From positions 1-53,064 of the forward strand of contig CAYFGV010000002.1 of assembly GCA_964342845.1 (NCBI GenBank): a DNA stretch of 53,064 nt, written 5' to 3'. The position numbers were made by a program, and so were the translations under genes. Every line of letters begins with the position of its first letter. Position 1 is the first letter of the stretch. This DNA comes from Candidatus Woesearchaeota archaeon (GTDB lineage: Archaea > Nanobdellota > Nanobdellia > SCGC-AAA011-G17 > CAYFGV01). Positions 18,597 to 28,401 of the stretch are shown here, piece by piece. Below the pieces are notes generated by a model. That model saw only the letters and a program-made list of their open reading frames with translations. It did no database searches and was not told the origin of the DNA.

Positions 18597-19145
18597 ATGA
18601 AACAAAAAGAAGAACACGTAATTATTTTAGATTTCCTTCCGCATGGATACCCTCAGGATACAAGGCCTATGCATATGAAGACTCCAATAGCTCAAGCTAT
18701 AGGCATTAATTATTTTATTCTCCTAGAATTAGTTCCAAAAAAAGGTCAGTTCTTACAACCTTATGAAGAAATTTATATAGGAGAAGGTAAAAGGGATAAA
18801 ATTCACCATATAACTGGAAAAATCCCTATGGATAAATTAACTGAAACTGCAAAAATGGAGTTAGAGCACGTTATAAAAGAATTAGTTAAAAAACATGAAA
18901 AAAGATTTATAGATTTCTTTAACAAAGCACAACCAATCAATATAAGAAGACACCAATTAGAACTTCTTCCAGGAATAGGGAAAAAACACGTTAAAGAGAT
19001 TATAGATAAAAGAGAAGAACCTTTTAAGTCATTCGAAGACATAAAAAAAAGAGTAAAGCTAATACCTGACCCAGAAAAGGTAATAATTAAAAGAATACTC
19101 GTAGAATTGAATGAAGAAGACAGATATAATATTTTCACCTCATAA
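18597..19145 (+). CDS. DUF655 putative RNA-binding protein
   Basis: ILDFLPHG, FFNKAQPI, HQLELLPGIGKK (HhH). Confidence 0.93.
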   Translation: MKQKEEHVIILDFLPHGYPQDTRPMHMKTPIAQAIGINYFILLELVPKKGQFLQPYEEIYIGEGKRDKIHHITGKIPMDKLTETAKMELEHVIKELVKKHEKRFIDFFNKAQPINIRRHQLELLPGIGKKHVKEIIDKREEPFKSFEDIKKRVKLIPDPEKVIIKRILVELNEEDRYNIFTS

Positions 19146-19189
19146 CCAAAACTATTTAAATAAATAAAAATCCAAGAATTCTAAATAAA

Positions 19190-19645
19190 ATGGAAGATAA
19201 AAAATTAAAACTCATGTTAAGGGTAGTAAATGTAGATTTAGATGGAAACAAACAAACCCTTATGGCCCTACAAAAAATAAAAGGTGTTGGGTTCTCATTT
19301 GCTAGTGCTTTATGTAACACATTAAATTTAAATAAAAAACAAAAAGTTGGTTATCTTTCAGAAAGCCAAGTCAAAGAAATAGAAGAAACAATAAGAGATC
19401 CAAAAGAATTCCCTTCTTGGATGTTAAACAGACAAAAAGATTATGATACTTTCAAAAGCAATCACCTAACTGGTTCTGATTTAAAATTAAGAAAAGAATT
19501 TGACATAAGGAGATTAAAGAAAATAAAATCACGTAGAGGAATGAGACATCAAGCAGGTCTTCCTGTAAGAGGACAAAGAACTAGAGCACACTTTAGAAAA
19601 GGAAAATCTCTAGGTGTTTCAAAGAAAAAGGTAGGTAAGAAATAA
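19190..19645 (+). CDS. rps13: 30S ribosomal protein S13
   Basis: IKGVG, RGMRH..GLPVRGQRT. Confidence 0.97.
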   Translation: MEDKKLKLMLRVVNVDLDGNKQTLMALQKIKGVGFSFASALCNTLNLNKKQKVGYLSESQVKEIEETIRDPKEFPSWMLNRQKDYDTFKSNHLTGSDLKLRKEFDIRRLKKIKSRRGMRHQAGLPVRGQRTRAHFRKGKSLGVSKKKVGKK

Positions 19646-19646
19646 A

Positions 19647-20267
19647 ATGGGAGATCCAAGAAAATCAAAAAAGAAATACTCTACGCCCAGCCACCCATGG
19701 CAAAAAGACAGAATTGAAAAAGAAAAAGAATTAGTAAAACAATTTGGTCTAAAAAATAAAAAAGAAATTTGGATAGCTTCTTCTCATTTAAGAAAACTAA
19801 CTACACAAGCTAAAAATTTAATCAGAGAAAAGACAGAAAAACAAGAAAAACAATTTTTAGAAAGTTTGTACAGATTTAACTTAATGAAACAAGGAGCAAA
19901 AATAGAAGAAGTTCTTGATCTAATCACAGAGGATATACTAGCAAGACGATTACAAACACTAGTATTCAAAAGAGGGTTAGCGAGATCGCCAAAACAAGCC
20001 CGTCAATTCATAACACACGGCCATATTTCTATTAAAGATAAGAAAATAAACAAACCTTCTTATTTCGTTAGTAAAGAAGAAGAATCTTTAATTTCATATA
20101 ATCCAACATCTTCAATATCTAAAATAGATCATCCAGAAAGAATAAAAGAAGAAGAAAAGAAAGAAATAATTAAAAATAAAGAAGAAATTCAAAAAAAAGA
20201 AAAACTTAAGAAAGAAGTAAAAAAGGAAGCGTTCCTAAAAAAGAGAAACCAAAAGAAAAAAAGATAG
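19647..20267 (+). CDS. rps4: 30S ribosomal protein S4
   Basis: MGDPRK, PSHPWQ, RRLQTLV, ARQFITHGHI. Confidence 0.97.
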   Translation: MGDPRKSKKKYSTPSHPWQKDRIEKEKELVKQFGLKNKKEIWIASSHLRKLTTQAKNLIREKTEKQEKQFLESLYRFNLMKQGAKIEEVLDLITEDILARRLQTLVFKRGLARSPKQARQFITHGHISIKDKKINKPSYFVSKEEESLISYNPTSSISKIDHPERIKEEEKKEIIKNKEEIQKKEKLKKEVKKEAFLKKRNQKKKR

Positions 20268-20282
20268 AAAAGAAAAAACAAA

Positions 20283-20687
20283 ATGGAAAATAAAAAACAA
20301 AACCTAAGATGGGGAATAGCACACATCTATTCATCTTATAATAATTCAATTATCCATATAACTGATATAACTGCAAGTGAAAGCATAGCAAAAGCTTCAG
20401 GTGGAATGGTTGTTAAAGCTCACAGATTAGAAGGTCAACCAACAGCAGCAATGTCAGCAGCCAAACTAGCTGCAGAACAAGCAAAAGATAAAGGCATAAA
20501 TGCAATCCATATAAGAATAAGGGCACCCGGTGGACACAACGGACCAAGTAGCACTGGTCCAGGAGCACAAGCAGCTGTACGAACATTATCAAGATCAGGT
20601 CTAAAAATAGGAAATATAGAAGAAGTCACACCTATGCCTCATGATCGATGTCGTAAAAAAGGCGGAAGAAGAGGAAGAAGACCTTAA
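20283..20687 (+). CDS. rps11: 30S ribosomal protein S11
   Basis: [28 protein letters not shown]. Confidence 0.97.
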   Translation: MENKKQNLRWGIAHIYSSYNNSIIHITDITASESIAKASGGMVVKAHRLEGQPTAAMSAAKLAAEQAKDKGINAIHIRIRAPGGHNGPSSTGPGAQAAVRTLSRSGLKIGNIEEVTPMPHDRCRKKGGRRGRRP

Positions 20688-20770
20688 AATTTTCTTATTC
20701 TTAACAAATTTTAAAAATCATTAAATCCAAACATTTATAAATCAAATACTTCCCCAAAAAAATATTCAAA

Positions 20771-21592
20771 ATGGAAATACAAACCCTAAAAGAGTCACCA
20801 GAAGAATTCTCATTTATATTAAAAGACATAAACCCAACAATAGCTAATACACTAAGAAGAACAATGGTAGCAGAAACACCAACTTTAGCTATTAATGAAG
20901 TAACATTCATAAAAAATGATTCAGCATTATACGATGAAATATTAGCACATAGACTTGGTTTAATTCCTTTGAAAACAGACTTATCAACATACGAACAAAA
21001 AGAAAAATGTTCATGTAAAGGACAAGGTTGTGTAAAATGCTCTTTAACAATCACATTAAAAACAAAAGGTCCAAAAACAGTTTACTCTTCTGAATTAATT
21101 TCACAAGACCCAAAAGTAAAACCAGTGTATGATAATATTCCTATTATAACACTCTTGAAAAACCAAGAATTAGAACTAGAAGCTACAGCTACTTTAGATA
21201 TAGGGAAAAAACATAATAAGAACTCACCAGGCTTAATTTTCTATAAATCATTCCCAAAAATAAAAATTGTTAAAGATCCTCAAAAAGTTAAAGAACTGTT
21301 AAAAGAATACAAGAACTTAGAAATCACAGATTCAGAAGTAAATATAAAAAATATTCAAGATTTCAATACAGATGTTCTTGAAAATATTTGTGGGGATTTA
21401 ATTGAAATAAAATACAGCAAAAAAGATTTTATATTCAAAATAGAGTCTTTTGGCCAATTAAAACCAAAAGAAATAATAAAGACAGCATTAAATGTTCATG
21501 ATTCAAAATTAATAGAGTTTGAACAAGCTCTAAAAGATGCTAAGCCAACAAAAATTGAATCCTTAAAAAACAAAATTAAGAAAAAGAGTTAA
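20771..21592 (+). CDS. rpoD: RNA polymerase subunit D (Rpo3)
   Basis: ANTLRR, NDSALYDEILAHRLGLIPL, Cys cluster. Confidence 0.96.
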   Translation: MEIQTLKESPEEFSFILKDINPTIANTLRRTMVAETPTLAINEVTFIKNDSALYDEILAHRLGLIPLKTDLSTYEQKEKCSCKGQGCVKCSLTITLKTKGPKTVYSSELISQDPKVKPVYDNIPIITLLKNQELELEATATLDIGKKHNKNSPGLIFYKSFPKIKIVKDPQKVKELLKEYKNLEITDSEVNIKNIQDFNTDVLENICGDLIEIKYSKKDFIFKIESFGQLKPKEIIKTALNVHDSKLIEFEQALKDAKPTKIESLKNKIKKKS

Positions 21593-21629
21593 ATTAATAA
21601 ACTCTCGCTTTTAACTTAAAGTTAAGTAA

Positions 21630-21713
21630 GCGGGAGTGCCGGAGTGGTCAAACGGGCTAGGCTTAGGACCTAGTGGCTTAGTGCCTACGCAGGTTCAAAC
21701 CCTGTCTCCCGCA
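21630..21713 (+). tRNA. tRNA-Leu (TAG)
   Basis: GCGGGAG/CTCCCGC acceptor, CTAGG-CT-TAG-GA-CCTAG anticodon arm, long variable arm, TTCAAAC T-loop. Confidence 0.96.
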
Positions 21714-21725
21714 GTACTTCAAAAA

Positions 21726-22064
21726 ATGAAATCAAACCAAAACACAGAAAAATTAATCAAGGAATTAAAGCAACTTTCAACTAAAGAAAAAACTAATGTT
21801 TGGAAAGCTATAGCTAAAAACTTAGAAAAATCTACAAGAAGAAAAAGAATAGTTAATGTTTCAAAAATAAATAAATATACAAAACCAAAAGAAACAGTGA
21901 TTGTTCCTGGAAAAGTCTTAGGAACAGGAACACTACAACACGAAGTAACAGTAGCTGCTTTTCAGTTTTCAGACTCAGCAAAAGAAAAGATAAAAAACAA
22001 TTTAACAATACAAGAATTAATGAAACAAAATCCAAAAGCAAAAAACATCAAAATACTAGGTTAA
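21726..22064 (+). CDS. rpl18e: 50S ribosomal protein L18e
   Basis: VNVSKI, VPGKVLG.G, VAAFQFS; true start ATG 21726 after the tRNA. Confidence 0.95.
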   Translation: MKSNQNTEKLIKELKQLSTKEKTNVWKAIAKNLEKSTRRKRIVNVSKINKYTKPKETVIVPGKVLGTGTLQHEVTVAAFQFSDSAKEKIKNNLTIQELMKQNPKAKNIKILG

Positions 22065-22065
22065 A

Positions 22066-22473
22066 ATGATAATCAACGGAGAAAATTTAATATTAGGAAG
22101 ATTAGCAACTTACACAGCAAAACAAGCATTGCTAGGAGAAAAAGTAGACATAGTTAACGCCGAAAAAGTTGTTATAACTGGGAAAAAACAAGACCTTCTA
22201 AAAAGATATAAAGAAAGAGTAGATAAAGGAGATCCATTAAAAGGTCCTTATTTTCCAAGAATGCCAGACAGACTTGTAAGAAGAGCTATAAGAACTATGC
22301 TTCCTTACAAAAAACAAAGAGGCACAATAGCATTTAAAAAAATAATGTGTTATATGGGAACACCAGACAAATTCAAAGACAAAGATATAAAAACACTAAA
22401 ATCAGCCAATATTCAGGAATCAAAAACTTTAAATTTCATGACAGTTGAAGAAATATGTAAAAGATTAAAATGA
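22066..22473 (+). CDS. rpl13: 50S ribosomal protein L13
   Basis: ILGRLA, VNAEKVVITG, GPYFPRMPD, MLPYK. Confidence 0.96.
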   Translation: MIINGENLILGRLATYTAKQALLGEKVDIVNAEKVVITGKKQDLLKRYKERVDKGDPLKGPYFPRMPDRLVRRAIRTMLPYKKQRGTIAFKKIMCYMGTPDKFKDKDIKTLKSANIQESKTLNFMTVEEICKRLK

Positions 22474-22862
22474 AACCAATACATTCACCAGGAAAAAGAA
22501 AAACAGCAATTGCAAAAGCAACTTTATCAAAAGGATCTGGAAAAGTTTTTGTAAACAGAACACCTTTAGAATTAGTTCAACCAGAGCAAGCTAGATTAAG
22601 AATTTCAGAACCTCTAAGATTAGCTGGAGATAAAATTAAAAACTTAAATATAAAAGTTAAAATGATTGGTGGAGGTTTCCAATCCCAAGCAGAAGCAGCA
22701 AGATTAGCAATAGCAAGATCATTAGTAAAATTAGATAAAACTTTAAAATCAACATTCTTAAACTACGACAGGCATTTATTAATTGCTGATGTTAGAAGAA
22801 AAGAGCAAAGAAAACCAAACGATTCAAAAGCAAGAAGTAAGAGACAAAAATCTTACAGATAA
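22470..22862 (+). CDS. rps9: 30S ribosomal protein S9
   Basis: GKRKTAIA, GGG...QAEA, ARSKRQKSYR. Confidence 0.97.
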   Translation: MKPIHSPGKRKTAIAKATLSKGSGKVFVNRTPLELVQPEQARLRISEPLRLAGDKIKNLNIKVKMIGGGFQSQAEAARLAIARSLVKLDKTLKSTFLNYDRHLLIADVRRKEQRKPNDSKARSKRQKSYR

Positions 22863-22874
22863 GGAAATTAAAAA

Positions 22875-23072
22875 ATGATAATTCCAATAAGATGCATAAG
22901 TTGTTCAAAACCAGTTGCACAGCTATATGAAGAATACAAAAAAAGAATCTCCAAGGGAGAAAGTACAAAAAAAGTCTTAGATGATTTAAAACTAAAAAGA
23001 TACTGTTGCAGATCTTTATTTTTAGGACATGTAGATCTAATAGACACAGTAGCAAGATTTAAAAAATTTTAA
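22875..23072 (+). CDS. rpoN: RNA polymerase subunit N (Rpo10)
   Basis: IPIRCISC, RYCCR. Confidence 0.97.
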   Translation: MIIPIRCISCSKPVAQLYEEYKKRISKGESTKKVLDDLKLKRYCCRSLFLGHVDLIDTVARFKKF

Positions 23073-23086
23073 CCTTTTTTATTCTT

Positions 23087-23488
23087 ATGAGAAATAATAC
23101 CTTCCTAGAAAATAGATTGAACCAGATCTGGGAGCTACTTTTTCCAGAAGTCCCTAAGAAAAATAAAATAACTATAATTTTCAAAGGCAAATGGAAAAAC
23201 AAATTCGGACATATTAAAAAATTAAAAGACAACTCTTCAGAAATAGCTATAAACGGCCTATTCAAAAACGAAATAGTCCCAGAATATATTTTAGACCTAA
23301 CAATAACTCATGAATTAATCCACTATATGCATGGTTTCAACTCACCATTACCAAAACTATTCAAATATCCTCATAAAGGAAACATAGTAAATAAAGAACT
23401 TAAAAAAAGAGGGTTTGAACATTTAATCAAAAAAGAAAAATTATGGATTAAAACATCTTGGCCTTATTTGTATAAAAAATTAAACTAA
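23087..23488 (+). CDS. SprT-like zinc metalloprotease
   Basis: HELIH (HExxH) plus downstream PH.G. Confidence 0.8.
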   Translation: MRNNTFLENRLNQIWELLFPEVPKKNKITIIFKGKWKNKFGHIKKLKDNSSEIAINGLFKNEIVPEYILDLTITHELIHYMHGFNSPLPKLFKYPHKGNIVNKELKKRGFEHLIKKEKLWIKTSWPYLYKKLN

Positions 23489-23492
23489 AAAA

Positions 23493-23837
23493 CTATTTAC
23501 TATCTTTGTCAGAATCGTGTTTTGCTCTTTTCCTCTTATAATCTTCAACCATATTCAATATATGGGGTAAATTTGTCGATCCCATACCTATAACAGAAGA
23601 AGCGTCTATTTCTTCAAAACCTTCAAAATCACATGCTTCTATTCCAACCTCGTCTAAAAAGAATCTTAATGCAGGTTCTATTGTAATCCTATTTGTATCT
23701 TGGTTATATGTAGAGTAAAACCCATTTATTTTTCTACCATCCACACATCTAGCAAATGCATAGTTCTCCAAAAACCTGGAATAAGGTACAACTTCCCTAC
23801 TCCCGTTAATATTCCTTCCAAATTTATGTTTTGCCAT
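23493..23837 (-). CDS. hypothetical protein
   Basis: Start moved to MAKHKF (23837); track start overlaps the promoter at 23859-23886. Confidence 0.6.
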   Translation of the reverse strand: MAKHKFGRNINGSREVVPYSRFLENYAFARCVDGRKINGFYSTYNQDTNRITIEPALRFFLDEVGIEACDFEGFEEIDASSVIGMGSTNLPHILNMVEDYKRKRAKHDSDKDSK

Positions 23838-23895
23838 AATAATACAAAAAATCAGCACTTTATAAACCTTTCGTTTTGTAACCACTACAAAATAA

Positions 23896-24189
23896 TTACT
23901 TAATTCTAAACCTCATAAACCTCTTGCATTCTAAACAATAATAAACAACCATTTTCTCTCTAACCCTGACTCTACAATTAACACCAGGCCTCAAATAACA
24001 ATAACAATGCTTACAAAACTTCCTTTTCAAATTTTTAGGAAATTTCAAATTAACTTTCATAGCAATCTTTCTAGCTAATTTAACATATCTATTAGCTAAC
24101 TTCTTATCTGCTAGCTCAGCTTCTTTAAACAAAATCTTAACTCTTTCTAAAGCTATTTTCTTCTCCAAACTCTTATTTCTTCTTACCAT
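23896..24189 (-). CDS. rnp4: RNase P protein component 4 (Rpp21)
   Basis: IALERVKILF, RYVKLARKI, FCKHC...CLEC...R. Confidence 0.93.
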   Translation of the reverse strand: MVRRNKSLEKKIALERVKILFKEAELADKKLANRYVKLARKIAMKVNLKFPKNLKRKFCKHCYCYLRPGVNCRVRVREKMVVYYCLECKRFMRFRIK

Positions 24190-26134
24190 ATTTCATTCTC
24201 TTAAGTTTATAAGGAACAATCAAATATATTGCTACACCTAACAAAACCACTGTAACACTAATTATAACAATTATTAAAGTGTTTTGGCTTTCTATTATCT
24301 GTCCAAAAATAACAGTACACGTATTATCCACACACTCTTCTCCTGAAGAACAATCATCATCGCTTACACATTCAACCCCAACACAAACCTCTTCTTCACA
24401 ACTTTCAAAACAAACATTATTCTCACAAATATAACCTTCTCCACACTCCTCATCTAAATAACACTCAGCAGTCTCAACTTCAATAACTTCAACTATAAGA
24501 CATTCATTATCTAAACACTCTTCTCCTGAAGAACAATCATTATCACTTACACATCCAACTTCAACACAAATCTCTTCCTCACATACTTCTAAATCATCAC
24601 AACCAGAATCATCTCTACATCCAGAAACACAATCATCATCCTCACAAATCTCTCCAGCAGAACAATCTCCATCATTATAACAGTCTCTACTACTTCCTCC
24701 ACTATCTCCGCCTCCGCTACTTTCGTCACTTTCTTCAGCCTCGTTAACAAAAAGAGTTATATTATCCCAGGTAATTTCAGTATAACTATCATTAGCAAAA
24801 AAACTAAGATTATTCCAAACATTATTAATTAAAATAACATTAGTTGAATTAGCCAAACAATCTTCAATAAGATAAACTTCTTCATTCAAAATATATCCAC
24901 AACTATCTAAACTAGTAGCATTTATATTCCAATTGATTAAAACATTAGTATTTGTTAAACTACTTCCATTCTCAGGATTAGTTAAATTAACAAAAACATA
25001 ATTAATCTTCTCAAAATTATAATCTAAAGCTAATAATTCCGATGTAGCTCCTAAATGTTCAGCTGATAAATATGCTTTAAATTGTACATACCTGTTGTCT
25101 TCTAAACTACTCAAATTACCAAAACTAGCATTCTCAAAATAAACACCATTATATTCTTCACCAAAACAATTTTCATCATCACAACTTCTTACTTGAAAAT
25201 TTAAATTAGCAGCTCCTTTTTTATGGTGATCAATTATAATTTCTGGAAATAAAGGGTAATTATAAATCACAAATTCATCTATATTTGCACTAGCTGCATT
25301 TTTATCAGGACCAGGAGAACCAACAAAGATTTGATCAGATATAGAATCTAAACTTATTCCAGGAGGATTACCAATGTCTTCTACAACTAAAAGACCATCC
25401 ACATAAATTCCTACCATTTCTGTACCATCTCTTAAATCCCAAACCGCCACAACATGATGCCATTCATCATTATCCCAGTGTACACTTTTTTCTATTGTCC
25501 AGCTTAAATCAGGATGTTTCTCATATATTTTCAATCTTATCTTAGTTTTAGAGTCTTTAAACACCTTAGATAAAACAAAGAAATTATTCATTAAATTTAC
25601 ATCAACAGGCATAGTTGCAAAAAAAACTCTTTCTTCATCGTCATCAACACCCCAATTAGGTTTAACCCAAAATTCAATACTCCCGCTATCTTTTTTAAAA
25701 TTCTCTTCATTTAAATTATCATATTTTACTTTTTTGTTAAAATAAGGAGCTTCATTAAAGATACCTTCTTCAAAAGCTAAATCTCCAACACCTTCTTCCC
25801 CATCTTCACAAATAAGACTATTATCAAAATGACACAATAGCAACATGCCTTCTTCCTTATCTAAACTTACTTTGTATTCAAAAGGTTCACCCCACGAAAA
25901 ATTAGTCCAATTAGCTAACATCTTTGTATCTAACACATTTGTTTCATAAGTACCTTCTATTTCTCCTTCTAATAACTTTATTTTACTTCCATCAAAATAA
26001 GTATTAACAAACTCACCTTCAGGCAGTTCAACAGGAGCCAATAAAACAGGTCCTTGAAAGAGATGTACACCAGTTATAACTATGCCAACTATTATAGTCA
26101 AAACAAATATAACCTCTTCCCAAAACTTATTCAT
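24173..26134 (-). CDS. membrane-anchored surface protein with LamG-like domain and Cys-rich repeats
   Basis: GSIEFWVKP, WHHVVAVWD, IYVDG, IDEFVIYN; repeated C..D.DC..GE.C....C units; TM at both ends. Confidence 0.85.
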   Translation of the reverse strand: MNKFWEEVIFVLTIIVGIVITGVHLFQGPVLLAPVELPEGEFVNTYFDGSKIKLLEGEIEGTYETNVLDTKMLANWTNFSWGEPFEYKVSLDKEEGMLLLCHFDNSLICEDGEEGVGDLAFEEGIFNEAPYFNKKVKYDNLNEENFKKDSGSIEFWVKPNWGVDDDEERVFFATMPVDVNLMNNFFVLSKVFKDSKTKIRLKIYEKHPDLSWTIEKSVHWDNDEWHHVVAVWDLRDGTEMVGIYVDGLLVVEDIGNPPGISLDSISDQIFVGSPGPDKNAASANIDEFVIYNYPLFPEIIIDHHKKGAANLNFQVRSCDDENCFGEEYNGVYFENASFGNLSSLEDNRYVQFKAYLSAEHLGATSELLALDYNFEKINYVFVNLTNPENGSSLTNTNVLINWNINATSLDSCGYILNEEVYLIEDCLANSTNVILINNVWNNLSFFANDSYTEITWDNITLFVNEAEESDESSGGGDSGGSSRDCYNDGDCSAGEICEDDDCVSGCRDDSGCDDLEVCEEEICVEVGCVSDNDCSSGEECLDNECLIVEVIEVETAECYLDEECGEGYICENNVCFESCEEEVCVGVECVSDDDCSSGEECVDNTCTVIFGQIIESQNTLIIVIISVTVVLLGVAIYLIVPYKLKRMKYGKKK

Positions 26135-26177
26135 AATTTCTTACCTCTTTAATAAACCTCAAATACTTCTTTTGTTT

Positions 26178-26277
26178 NNNNNNNNNNNNNNNNNNNNNNN
26201 NNNNNNNNNNNNNNNNNNNNNNNNNNNNNNNNNNNNNNNNNNNNNNNNNNNNNNNNNNNNNNNNNNNNNNNNNNNNN
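26178..26277. other. assembly gap (100 N)
   Basis: N-run in sequence. Confidence 1.
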
Positions 26278-26359
26278 ACAGTACAACCAGGAACGGAGAC
26301 TTGCTTAACTTCTGAGATCGAAACGAGATCAGGTGAACCAAGCCCCTATGATCGTCCAG
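26278..26359 (-). rRNA. rrf: 5S rRNA, 5' about 80 nt (3' end lost in gap)
   Basis: Minus strand GACGATCATAG...CACCTGATCTCGTTTCGATCTCAGAAGTTAAG...GTACT matches 5S hallmarks; TATA about 20-25 nt upstream; 5' end approximate. Confidence 0.92.
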
Positions 26360-26394
26360 AAATAAGTAAAATTGGTTATTTTTAAAACTATCGA

Positions 26395-26778
26395 TTAAAA
26401 CAATTCAGTCTGAATAGTTTTTTTATTTAAAATTATATCTAATGTAATTTTATTTCCCTCTCTTGTAAACTTAGTATTCTTCAAATTAGAAACACCATTT
26501 GCAATAGATCTAAGGTTCTTTTCAACAATATTTCTTATAGGTTCATCCTCTTCAATGGGTATATTACTCGTATCTTCGCAATGTAAATTAGGAATATTAT
26601 TACCGGAATTTCCTAAAAACAAATAACTTACATTATAATTTTTACTTGTATGATCTCCCCTAAGCCTATTCCACCCAGCAACAATTTGAGGATTATAACC
26701 TCCTGTTTCCATCAATTCTCTTACTCTTCCTGAAAAATCTAAAAGATCAGAACATTTTTCATAATATTCTTTGCTCAT
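26395..26778 (-). CDS. hypothetical protein
   Basis: 127-aa ORF with own BRE/TATA. Confidence 0.6.
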   Translation of the reverse strand: MSKEYYEKCSDLLDFSGRVRELMETGGYNPQIVAGWNRLRGDHTSKNYNVSYLFLGNSGNNIPNLHCEDTSNIPIEEDEPIRNIVEKNLRSIANGVSNLKNTKFTREGNKITLDIILNKKTIQTELF

Positions 26779-26823
26779 CTTAAAAATAGAGAAAACCTAA
26801 TCAAATTTAAAACTTTCGAAAAT

Positions 26824-27168
26824 TCATAACATCTTCAATTTTCCACTAACTTCATCAATTTTACTCTCTAAATCAGGACCAATCCCAACACAAGTCTTAG
26901 TTGCTTTCTTAAAAAAAGTTCTTCCAGCATCTTTAATTAAAACACAAACCAATTTCTTCTTCTTAGCTAATTTATACATTTCAACTAATTCTTTCTCATC
27001 CTCTACTTTCAAAACAACCTTTTTCATTCCTTCCTTCCGCCACTTCTCAACCTTTTCTTTAGAACTCTTTAAAACAGTATCAACACTAGCATGAGCTACT
27101 TGCGAACTCATCTTAGAAGAATTCATCTTCAAATCTTTCCTAACAATAATTACTTGTTTGAGAGCCAT
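26824..27168 (-). CDS. pth2: peptidyl-tRNA hydrolase Pth2
   Basis: KQVIIVRKDLKM..K...QVAHA, KKVVLKV, DAGRT, GIGP. Confidence 0.95.
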   Translation of the reverse strand: MALKQVIIVRKDLKMNSSKMSSQVAHASVDTVLKSSKEKVEKWRKEGMKKVVLKVEDEKELVEMYKLAKKKKLVCVLIKDAGRTFFKKATKTCVGIGPDLESKIDEVSGKLKML

Positions 27169-27488
27169 CTTTTAAAAAGTCTTACTTTAGAAAATTTTTT
27201 ACCTTCTTTCCTAAAATCTCCTTCAATTTTATTTAACATCTTATCCATTGTTTTATGTAAAGCAACAGCTAAATCCCAATCATCATCTCTAACAGCAACA
27301 CCTCTGTCTAATATTGCATGAAAAGAATAATGGTGCCTTTTACCTTCTTTTTCATATTTTTTACATTGCACCTTTAACTTAACATTTTCTAATCTTATTT
27401 TACGAATATAACTCTTAACAATATCATTAATAACTTTTATCTCAAAATCATCAAAATCCTTTAATCCAATAAGTTCAAACTTTTCCAT
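27150..27488 (-). CDS. stand-alone HPF/RaiA-like domain protein
   Basis: K.Y.KEG...YS.H and DWDLAVALHKTMDKM resemble the HPF domain of archaeal CBS-HPF (Hib) proteins. Confidence 0.6.
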   Translation of the reverse strand: MEKFELIGLKDFDDFEIKVINDIVKSYIRKIRLENVKLKVQCKKYEKEGKRHHYSFHAILDRGVAVRDDDWDLAVALHKTMDKMLNKIEGDFRKEGKKFSKVRLFKRWLSNK

Positions 27489-27516
27489 AAATATAATCTA
27501 GAAATCTCCCTTTTTA

Positions 27517-28062
27517 TTATTTTCTATTCTTCCCAACAACATAAACCTCTTTACTTCCAGATTTAGAAGCCTTAGGTTTAACAACTTTAACAAATTCAAA
27601 TCTTTTTTTAACCTCTTTCAACAATTCTTCAAAACCCTCACCTTGAAAAACCTTCATCAAGAAATTTCCTCTCTTTTTCAAATAAAAATCTAAAAGTTCC
27701 AAAACTCTTAAATTTAATTCTACGCTTTTATCTTGATCTAAACTTTTAACTCCTGTTTTTTTAGGAGAAACATCAGAAATAACAACATCAAATTTACCTT
27801 TCAAAACTTTAAAAATATCTTCCTTTAAAATATCTAACTTATAAAACTCTAAGTCTGTTTCAACTTCTCTAATATCAACACCAACAACTTTAGAACAAAC
27901 TCTGCTACAATATTGTAACCAACCTCCAGGATAACTTCCTATATCCAAAACCTTATCCGAAGAACCAATTAAACTTTGCTTTTTATTAATCTCTTTAAGT
28001 TTATACACACTCCTGGATTTAAATCCTTGTTTCCTTGATTTTTTAGTGTAATGGTCTTTCAT
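27517..28062 (-). CDS. rlmE: 23S rRNA 2'-O-methyltransferase RlmE (FtsJ/RrmJ)
   Basis: SRSVYKL, DIGSYPGGWLQ, VVISD, KVFQG, S..EVY (K-D-K-E tetrad). Confidence 0.94.
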   Translation of the reverse strand: MKDHYTKKSRKQGFKSRSVYKLKEINKKQSLIGSSDKVLDIGSYPGGWLQYCSRVCSKVVGVDIREVETDLEFYKLDILKEDIFKVLKGKFDVVISDVSPKKTGVKSLDQDKSVELNLRVLELLDFYLKKRGNFLMKVFQGEGFEELLKEVKKRFEFVKVVKPKASKSGSKEVYVVGKNRK

Positions 28063-28400
28063 TTATACCCGAACAATTTATTATACTTCTTATGATTGAC
28101 TATTTTCAAAACAAATAAAAAAATATCTATTCTGCTTCCTTCAATAGTATACAACATCCTCCAATAATTAGACAACTCAACTCTATATAAATTCCCTATA
28201 CCAATTTTTTTCAGTTCAGCAGGAATCAACTCTTTTTTTATAGGATTGCCAAATTGAGGATTTTCTTTCAAAATGCTTTTCATCCTTTCAATAGAATTTA
28301 AAATAGTTCTTGCCTCTTTATCTTTTCTCTTCTTTAATTCAATATAGGCCTTTCTAGCCTGTCCTTTCAATAAAATTCTAACTTCTTTTCCTAAAAACAT
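28059..28400 (-). CDS. RelE/ParE-like toxin
   Basis: Basic 113 aa, NPQFG, NLYRVEL..YWRMLYTI, H..Y...FGY. Confidence 0.7.
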   Translation of the reverse strand: MFLGKEVRILLKGQARKAYIELKKRKDKEARTILNSIERMKSILKENPQFGNPIKKELIPAELKKIGIGNLYRVELSNYWRMLYTIEGSRIDIFLFVLKIVNHKKYNKLFGYK

Positions 28401-28401
28401 C

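Noticed and set aside
21636..21725. N-terminal extension of the rpl18e ORF in the track
   Set aside because: It is tRNA-Leu(TAG) read in frame; the real start is ATG 21726
26082..26341. Two ORFs spanning the N-run
   Set aside because: Artefacts of the gap; the sequence right of the gap is 5S rRNA
26376..26820. TTTAAAACT(A/T)TCGA repeated on both sides of the 26395 gene
   Set aside because: Explained as two ordinary minus-strand BRE/TATA promoters
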